NCBI RefSeq assembly: GCF_004010195.1
Contig: NW_025213749.1
Span: 2,798 to 35,697, forward strand
Origin: Chiloscyllium plagiosum
Taxonomy: Eukaryota
DNA: 32,900 nt
Reading direction: 5' to 3'
Below, piece after piece: positions 24,153 through 32,900 of the stretch (within the stretch, counting starts at the first letter, position 1; every line of letters begins with the position of its first letter). Position numbers and translations under genes: made by a program. The notes below the pieces were generated by a model. The model was not told the DNA's origin. It saw only the letters and a program-made list of their open reading frames with translations, and did not search any database.

Positions 24153-24659
24153 ATCCTTCAATTTCCTCATCCAAGTCATTTATAAGCAATAAAATGTGCA
24201 AATCATTTCTTTATTCCAATTTCCCAGGTATTCCAATCTGAATTCAAGATGATTTCCAAGTCGGGCGTTTATTTTTTTCAGTTGTAGCTACATGGACATT
24301 CATCACACCACTTGTCAGACATAATATAATCAGACATGTAACGGGCTTTACCACTGCGGCACGAGATCCATGTTCAATTTCAAACTGTGCCAGAGGTGTG
24401 TCACAATTTATTTGCAAAGTAACTTTAAAAAAGTACATAAGGCGTGTGTTGGGGCTTGTTTCCTGAAGATGTCAGGAGTATCCAAAAGGCAAACTGAGCA
24501 CCCGCGTTCACAACAAACATCTATCAATTATTACAAGTGGATCTGGAGTACTTTCCATCTCCGGGGAATTCCTTTTTTATGAATGGACGACAGTGCCTGA
24601 GAAAATTCTGACTGCATTAAGCGTTTCTGTGTAAATAAAAGTAAGACCTGCGGAAACAG

Positions 24660-24860
24660 GAATTATGAAACGAAAATATAGTGGTGCTGAAGTAATTCAG
24701 GAGGTAGACACAGCAGAAGGAACTTCCAAGTCCCGTCACTCTTCTGCAGAACTCATTTGGAGAAATGGAGAGGGTTTACTGAAGTAAAACGTTAACTTTG
24801 CTTTCTCTCCACATACGCTGTCAGAACTGATGAATTTCAGCAATACCTTCTGCTTGTGTT
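24660..24860. mobile_element. Degenerate inverted pair of family-C pseudo-LTR fragments
   Basis: The left part (tgctgaagtaattcaggagg...tctgcagaact) opposes the right part (aaaacgttaactttgctttctctccaca..gctgtcagaactgatgaattt), which resembles 19440-19500. Confidence 0.5.
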
Positions 24861-25479
24861 TAAGTTTTTCTTCTCTTTACAAGACAAACGAAGTTTGGCA
24901 GATAGTTTTGAGTGTAAAAAGTGTCATGAAATCAGCATGATTAACAATTATGAAATCCCAGTCCAAAGAATGGTTTGTGTTTGTACCATTAACCTTCATG
25001 GGGAGTTGACCAACTCTCATACTATCTTAACCCATGGCAAAACCCATTCTTTGGGGGAACAATTGCTGAGAAGTTGCTTACAACTTGCGGCTATTACTAG
25101 AGATTAGAAATAAATTAAAGTTAATATACATGTCTGTGGTTCAACAGCAGATCTTCCAAAAATTGGAGAGAGACACATAAGCAGATATGTAATCAAATGC
25201 AAATATGTGTGAGAGAAATATGTTGCCGTTGAGGAGCATTTCAACTTTGTTGACATAAACTGAGACCATCTTCACGTGAAAGGAGTCAATGGGGGCAAGA
25301 TTTAAGATATGTCCAGTAGACGTTTAATGCCAATACATAGATCGTCCTTCGAGGAATGTGATAGCGTTATAGGTAGCTATAGGGATTAATACTGGTCAAG
25401 AGTTTGACGTTTTTGTGGATCAGTATTTTGGGGATAGTGACGAAAACTCAGTAAATTCCAAATTCGTTCTTGAAATGCA

Positions 25480-28402
25480 TATGAATAGATGCAATGACAG
25501 ACTGACTGACTGACCGGCAGACATAATGAATTGATGACGAAATGAATGAATGGACGCACTGACCGAATGGCATACTGAATGGAGGCACAGATGAGAGACT
25601 GACTGATTGAAGTTTTGGACAAACTCAATAAACGACTAAATGGACGCACCAACTCATTAACAGACTGAAAAGATGTACTGACTGAGTGAATGGACGCTCT
25701 GACTTACTGACTGAATGGACCATCTCGCCGATAGATTGACTGACTAATAGAATGGACGCACTGACTGACAGCACAGACACACTGACTGACTGACTGAATA
25801 AAGGCACTGACTAACTGAATGTATGCACTGACTGATTAACTGACTTAATAGACGGACTGATTGAATGAGTGAATAGACACTGATTGACTGACTGAATGAA
25901 CGGACTGACAGTCGTACGGACTGACTGAACGCACTGACTGTCTGACTGATGACAAGACGCCGAGATGCCCTGACTGATTGATTGAACGAATGGACGCACT
26001 GACGGACTGAATTGACGTAGTGCATGTCATACTGTATGTGCAGTCATTGGCTGCATTGACGCGCTGAATGATGGACTGACTGAATTGGTGTACTGAATCA
26101 ATGACTGACTGGACGCACTGACTGACGAACTGACGGACTGACTGAATGGACGCAATAAAAGACTGACTGACGGACTTAGTAAATGCACTCACTGAATGAG
26201 TGAATGCTTGCACTGACCGAATGACAGACTGAATGAAATCACTGACCGTCTAACTGACAGAACTAACGCACTGACTCAAAGACTGACTGACTGACTTAGT
26301 GGACATAATACTTGACTGACTGAATGGTCATACTAACTGAGTGACCAACTGACTGGCTGAACGAATGGACGCACTAGATCAATGACTGTTTGACTCAATG
26401 GACACATGGACTGTCTGACTGACTGAATGGGCGCACTGACTAACTGACCGCCTGACTGGATACACTGACTGACGACACGAATGGACTTACCGATGAGGTG
26501 AATGGACGCACTGATAGACTGACTGAATGGCTGACATAATGGACATACTGACTGAATGACTGAGTGAATGGGCGCTGACTAAATTAACGGACTGACAGTC
26601 ATACTGACGGACTGGACGCACTGATGGTCTGAATGATGACGAGATGCCCTGACTGACTGATTGAATGAATGAACGTACTGACTGTCTGACTGGACACACT
26701 GCACGACTGACTGAATGAACACACTGACTGGTCAAATGGACGCACTCGCTGAGTGGATGGGCATTCTGATTGACTGAAGGAATGGAAATTCACTGACTGA
26801 TTGACTGATTGGCTGATTGTCTACACTAACGGATTGACTTACCTAATGAATGCAATGACTGATTGACTGACTGACTGACTGAATCGACTCAATGACGAAC
26901 TAACGGAATGGATGAAGTCACTGACAACACTAACTGTCTGAACGAATGAACACACTGATGACGGACTGACTGAATAGACGCACTGACCAATTGAGTGACT
27001 CACTGAATGGATGCAATGTCTGATTGTCCGAACAGACACATTGACAGTCAGATTAATTCACTGGACACACTGACTGTCTGATGAATGAATGTACTCATTG
27101 ACTGACAGACAGAATGGAAGCACTGACTGATTAACTAAATGGACACACTGACCGACTGAATGGATGGACTGATTGAGTGACTACCGGAATGGATGCACTG
27201 ACTGAATGACTGACTGACTGAATGGACGTACTTACTGACTGACTGTATGGACGCAACGACATACTGATGATTGACTGACTTAATGAATGCACTTATTAAA
27301 TGAGTGAATAGACGCACTGACTTAATGACAGACTGCATGGTGGCACGATCTGCTTACTGACTGACTGAATGGATGCACTGATTCAATGACTGACGAACTG
27401 AAAGGACGCACTGAGTGGACATACGATCTGAACGGCTGAATGATTGAATGAACGCAGTGACTGGCTGAATGATCACACTGATTTGCTTATTGAATGATTG
27501 CACTAACTGATTGACTGACTGACTGAATTGACCCACTGACTGAATGCGCTTACTGACTGACTCAGAGAATAAATGCACTAATTGACTGAATGTATACACT
27601 GACTGAACGGACTGACTGGTTGCATGCGCTGACTGACTGACTGGACACGCTGTCACATTGACCGACTGAATGAACGCACTGACAGAATGAACACACTGAG
27701 TGTACGGACACTCTGACTGATTAGTGCAGTGATTAACTGAATGTTTGCACTGATTGGCTTATTAAATGAACGCACGAACTGATTGACTGACTGGCTGAAT
27801 GGGCACATTGACTGACTGACAAAATGGACGCACTGACTGTGTTGATGGACGCTCTGTCTGACTGACTGATTGGACCCATTCACTGACTGAATAGATGCAC
27901 TGCTTACTGACTGAATGGTCCCATCGACTGTGTTAACGCACGCACTGACTGACTGAATGTACGCACCAACTGACTGACACACTGAATGAACTCGCTGACT
28001 AATTGACTCACTGAATGTATGCACTGACTCAGTAACAGACTGAATGCATTGACTGTCTGACGGAATGGTCGTACTGACTGACTGACTACGCACACTGACA
28101 GACTGACTGACTGGACATACTGTCTCACTGAGTCGCTGAATGAACACACTGACTGACTCAATGGACGCACTGACTGACTGAATAGATGCATTGAATTAAT
28201 GTACGACCTGACTTAGTGACAGATAGCATCGATGCGGTGGCTGGCAAATGATCGCACTGATTGGCTTATTGATTGAATGCAGTAACTGATTGACTGACAG
28301 AATGAATGAACACATTCACTGAGTAAATGAACACTCTGTCTGCTGACTGACTGAATGGACCCACTAACTAACATATTGATTGACTGACTGAATGGACACA
28401 CT
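25480..28402. repeat. Degenerate (GACT)n satellite with a ~20-24 bp 'tgaatggacgcactgactgac' unit
   Basis: Read directly. The SQSV-rich minus ORFs are its translation. Confidence 0.95.
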
Positions 28403-28792
28403 GTGTTGAAGATTTGACCAAAATTGACACGAAACAGTTAGAAGCCATTTTGTCACAAAGCAATTTTTGAAGTAAGATTTCTGGCCAGGTCGTCAAGTGT
28501 GAGAACAATCCTGCACTGATAAGTCTGATCTTGCAGCTGCAAAATGTATTGGCCCTTCAGTGCCGTTAGCTCTATCCCAGAGAATGAATTTTATAAGGAC
28601 ACGTTCTTCATATATGTCATGTGATTTTCGTGTAATCGATCATGCATTCATTCTTCTGGCAGCTATGATTCTGAGTTAATATTAAGCATTAAGTTGGAAA
28701 ACTCAATACGATTCCACTTGAGTTTCATACTTCATGTTGGTGGAAGAAATCTCGGGTGATAGAATGCTGTACCAACAGATTACATTCTTTCT

Positions 28793-29157
28793 TTATTCAA
28801 TTCTTAAATAAGGGTATCGCTAGCTATGCAAGCACATATTGGCAAACTGTAATTTCCCAGATGGCTATTAGGAGTCAACCACCTTGCTGTGGGTCTGGAG
28901 TTACATGTAGGCCTGATCAGGGAAGGATTGTAATTTCCTTTCCTTAAGAACATGCATGAATCAGGTGAGATTTTACCAGACAATTCCCAAACGATTCATG
29001 GTGTTAATCAGTCTCTTAATTTCAGACATTTTCACTAACTGAGTTTAAATTCCATTATCTGGTGGGCTGGGATTCAACCCCCGGATCCACGGAGCATTGT
29101 GTCGTTCTGTCGTTTATCAATCCAGCAACAACACCATGATGCTGTCGGCTGCACCTG
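28793..29157 (-). mobile_element. tRNA-derived SINE (second family), decayed
   Basis: The minus head has 'tggtgttgttgctggattg...ggggGTTGAAtccc' (A/B-box-like). The body 'gagtcaaccaccttgctgtgggtctggagttacatgtaggcc' matches a common shark SINE from recall. Confidence 0.7.
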
Positions 29158-29444
29158 AATATTGAAGTTGTCACGAGTAGGGCTTTTAAATGTGTGCTGA
29201 CATATTGACTATAAATATCACAACAACTCAACAGATAGTAACTGATTATTATAAAATATTCCTGCCTGGAAAGAATTTGGACAAAAAGGTGGTGAAAACT
29301 CATTATATTGTACTAGGTGTGACCTCGCTCATAAAAACACTGAAATGAAATGCATGATGATGAATGAGTTAATTTAATTCATATCTGGAACTCACTTCCT
29401 GTTTCTATTTTGAAACGCCGACTCTAATAGCGACGCAGATTCTC

Positions 29445-30589
29445 AGCGTCATAAAGCGCAAGAAAGAGCCTTTGGTCTAACTCATCTACCGCTGGCAATA
29501 CTCACAAACAAAACTAAACCGACTTGGATGCGCTTGGTCCATGTGTCTCCGAACCTTTCCTGTTCATGAACCTGTCCTATCGTCTTTTGAAGGCTTTAAC
29601 TATGCCTGCCTCTTCCATTTCCTCTCGCAAGCCAGTCTATATACCACCACCCTCTAGATCAAAACGTTGCCCCTCATGTTCGACTGAAGTATTTCTCCTG
29701 TCAACCTAAATACATGCCCCCAAGTTTTGGACTCCACCACCCAAGAGAAATACCTTTGCCATTCAACGTATATGTACCCCTCACGATGTTATAAGCCTCT
29801 AAAATGTCACCACTCAATTGTCTTCCCGCCATTGATAAAAATCCAGCCTGTTGTAACTTAAAACCCTTCAGTCCCTGTAACATCCTGTGAATATTTTCTG
29901 AACCCTTTCGAATTAAATAATACCCTTATAATAACAGAGCGACAAAACGCACAATACGTCAAACGTGGATCACCAAGGTCGTGTACAACCTCAAATTGAA
30001 TTCCCACTACTTTACTCAATGTTATGAGCACGGAAGGCAAACGTGATAATACCGTTATTAAATAGCTGTGATGGTACTTTCATAGAACCATGTGCAGGAA
30101 ACCCCAGGCCTTTCTGTTTGACAAAATACCCAGGTCCCGACCATACTCTATAAATCCAACCCGTCTTCCTTTTAGCTAAATGCAGTAAATGGCATTTTTC
30201 GAGTTGAATTCCATCTTGCCAAAACTTTTTCTAACGTCCATGTATATAACGTGTAGCATTCTGTCTTCATCTATCTTTTGGCGTCCGTCCTTAAACTACT
30301 CAGTCAAGTTTGTGAGTCACGATTGCCGACGTACAAAGCTGTGCTTAGAATCCTTGATATGCCCTTGCCCCTCCAAATACATGTAAATTCTATCTCTCCT
30401 CATCCCCTTGAATAACATAGCCACCACTCTTCTCAGACTCAACGGTCTATCATTCCCAGCCTTCTCTTGTGGGCTTCTCTTCAATAAAGACACAATATCA
30501 GTCACCCTACAGTCATTTTGAAACGTACATGCAGCTGTAGATGATTTGAAAATTTATGCAAGTGCCCCTACTATTTCTTCCCTATCTCA
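29445..30589 (-). mobile_element. Decayed CR1 LINE ORF2 / 3' end
   Basis: GNDRPLSL..VVAMLF...RDRIYMYLE.QGHIKDSKHSFVRRQS and QLSGDILEAYNIVRG; paralogous to 20575-21935. Confidence 0.85.
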
Positions 30590-31149
30590 TGCGATAAGTC
30601 TGTCACTTTAAGAAGGTAATTTTGTCCAGTTTTTTAGAGTTCTTAAAGGCAGAAGTGCCGGACAGTATAGATTAACAATTGAATAGGTGTGGCCAGGTCG
30701 CATGGTTCAGGCTTTGTCTAGTTTGGCTTAACTGTGCCAGTCACAATATGTGTGAGTACAGGGGAGTTACAAGCTTCTTTGAAGGATTCCTCTCACTTTC
30801 TTCTGAAGTCTTTCTCTGGATACTTTTCCCACCTGCCTGCAAGAATTTGTTTAAATTTACCATTTTTGCGAAAAGTGTGTTTATGGGATGCTACTGTTTT
30901 GGAACATTTAATTCGTACTTGTTACTGTATTGGGTCGTTAATGTTTTGCAACAGTGCCGTTATTCTAAAATTTTCTTTCTATTTTGTTCATGTTCCAACT
31001 GTAGTGCTTAATTGAATTCTGTTTTGTTTAAAGCCGAGTCGTATGACGAGTTGCATTACAGGTGGAACACACAACTCACGTCTGCCTTTAAAATGAGGAA
31101 ACGTTAGTTTCGACACAACCTTCTTAGAATATATTCCAGGGATCTGGCA
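30590..31149 (+). mobile_element. Putative LTR of a Gypsy-like or ERV-like element
   Basis: It begins with TG where CR1 similarity stops, ends with CA at 31148-31149 and is followed after 3 nt by a PBS-like sequence. No second LTR or gag/pol is visible. Confidence 0.6.
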
Positions 31150-31152
31150 AAT

Positions 31153-31171
31153 TGGAGGCTCTTGCCGGGAT
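31153..31171 (+). promoter_or_regulatory. Primer-binding-site-like sequence (tRNA-Pro)
   Basis: TGGAGGCTCTTGCCGGGAT compared with the canonical PBS-Pro TGGGGGCTCGTCCGGGAT. Confidence 0.6.
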
Positions 31172-32017
31172 CGATTCTATAATTAAAAACTCAACTTGAG
31201 TTTGTTGAACACAAAGATGGTGAGTGGTAGGTGTTGGTGTCTGTTGTTCCTGGAGTTGAATTCGGTTGGTTTAAACAGTGCTTTGTGAACTATTCGCTTT
31301 TCCAATCGCTTAGAGTCTTTTGGGAGTGGAAGAATTGACTGTTGGAGTTTCATAAACGTAGTGCAAGGGAAATCTGTTGGATTTGGCAGCAAGCTGGATT
31401 TGCCTTTGCCTTCGTCTGTGCAAGATGGAGGAAAATTAAAGGAAAATTGACAGCTGTGCCCACGCCAGTTTGTCCTTGTGTGGTTTTGTTCATTCTCTTT
31501 TACAGGTTACAGCCTGCTACCACAACTGCTGAGGTTCCAATGGGGTTGGTTAATTTCAAATGCCAGCTTCCAAGCCTGCCACGAGGACATATTCGCTTTG
31601 TCATGTTGTGAAGGCCAGTGTGGGTCGTCTGGGTCTGTCCAGAAAGACCCTGAAGCACCATAAATAAGATAGGAGATACCTGGTCCTGCCAGGTCACCAG
31701 GCAATATTTTTGGAGTGATGAAATCGAGAAGGCGATTGCTGCTTTGGTCACGTCCAAAATAAAAGAAAGTTGGCCAGTGACAAAAAAGTGCTATTGGGAA
31801 TTGTGATACAATTCTCGATCCCCGGCCACAAGATGCTCATGTGAGTACTCAACAGGGACCTAGTGGCCGGATGGGAAGTGCTGCCGAAATCATCATCAGA
31901 TGTCCAAAATTATAATGAAGAGTTTTCTTGACCCAGGGTTATGGAACATTTGAAAAGCCCTGGACTCACTCATAGACCCGTAGCGTGTTCAGGATGTCCC
32001 GATCCATTCAATTGCCC

Positions 32018-32212
32018 GACATTTGCCACAGCAGAGGGCGGCGCGAGCTGGGCGGAAGTGAAGTTGGAGCGCAGAGCTGGTCGGGAAAGTAAGTGATTGA
32101 TATGTAACACCGTACCTCGACGCCAACGGACTTTTCACTGCAGAGAGCGGCGCGAGCTGGGCGGAAGTGAAGTTGGAGCGCAGTGCTGGTCGGGAAGGTA
32201 AGTGATTGATAT
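32018..32212 (+). repeat. GC-rich tandem duplication (period ~109 bp) at the CR1 5' end, with ETS-like GGCGGAAGTG and a GTAAGT donor
   Basis: 32031-32103 and 32140-32212 are nearly identical (3 substitutions). Confidence 0.9.
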
Positions 32213-32343
32213 TTGAGTGGGTGTTTTCTGGACCCCAGGCCTTACAAAGTAGGTCCTCCCTCCCATCCTACTCCTCTAACCTAACTTTACAGTCCACAGG
32301 TAAGCTACTCAGTGTTCTTGTTTTGGAGATTAAGTGAAGAGTA

Positions 32344-32900
32344 ATGGCAGCGCAGGGAGTGGAATGTTACTCCTGCAGGATGTTTGAGGTAGGGGTGACC
32401 ACCGATGCTCCTGCCGACTTCATCTACAGGAGAGAGGAGGAGAGCGCTAGTTATAGGAGAATCTATAGTTAGAGGGACAGACAGGTGGTTCTGTGGACAT
32501 GGGCGATACTCTCGGATGGTTTGTTGTCTCTTGGGTGCCAGGGTCCGAGACGTCTCAGACCGTGTCTTCAGAATTCTTAAGGGGGAGGGTGTGCAGCCGG
32601 AGGTCGTGGTGCACGTTGGCACCAACAACATAGGTAGGAAGAGGGGTGGGGAAGTCATTCAGGAGCTCAGGGAGTTAGGCTGGAAGCTAAAAGCTAGGAC
32701 AGACAGAGTCGTCATCTCTGGTTGTTGCTGGTGCCACGTGACAGTGAGGCAAGGAAGAGGGAGACAGTGCAGTTGAACACGTTGCTGCAAGGATGGTGTA
32801 GGAGGGAGGGCTTCAGGTATTTGGACAATTGGACTGCATTCTGGCGAAGGTGGGACCTGAATAAGCAGGACGCATTGCACCTGAATCAGAAAGGAACCAA
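32344..32900 (+). mobile_element. CR1 LINE ORF1 (zinc finger fused by deletion to SGNH/GDSL esterase), runs off the window
   Basis: ATG at 32344 gives MAAQGVECYSCRMFEV..DF. After a junction at ~32430 it reads RRALVIGESIVRG, VVVHVGTNNIG and DALHLNQKG (SGNH blocks I, III and V). It is frameshifted. Confidence 0.9.

Noticed and set aside
24985..25100. Possible minus-strand exon (IAASCKQLLSNCSPKEWVLPWVKIV)
   Set aside because: Weak donor, in-frame stops and no recognisable homology.
25625..28401. SQSV-rich minus-strand ORFs up to 164 aa
   Set aside because: They are open in several overlapping frames because of the (AGTC)n repeat and do not indicate a gene.
31506..31800. Ig C1-like look (VNFKCQL...GDTWSCQVT)
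   Set aside because: There are two in-frame stops, the Cys spacing is only ~42 residues and the conserved Trp is absent; probably chance.
32018..32212. CRISPR-like repeat-spacer array
   Set aside because: Only two long units, a eukaryotic context and no cas genes.

Overview
Repeat-saturated eukaryotic DNA, almost certainly from a cartilaginous fish (shark). This is inferred from HE1-type V-SINEs, HER1/CR1-type LINEs with an esterase ORF1 and shark-type Penelope elements, all recognised from memory rather than by database search. No intact host gene is evident, and nearly all ORFs in the track are fragments or antisense shadows of decayed retroelements and satellites. The window holds two degenerate satellites with hidden higher-order periodicity (1-2335 and 25480-28402), at least five CR1 relics, SINEs, a Gypsy-like LTR with a tRNA-Pro-like PBS, and a dense nested pile of Penelope-like elements (PLEs) from two GIY-YIG lineages. 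The most notable signal is about a dozen minimal type-I hammerhead ribozyme motifs in three sequence families within PLE pseudo-LTRs. One has an intact core (16445-16484, minus strand). Several occur as ~200-bp non-coding inverted pairs, and one core is transplanted into an endonuclease-coding sequence. A few unique segments look like decayed exons, with low confidence. Element boundaries are approximate.
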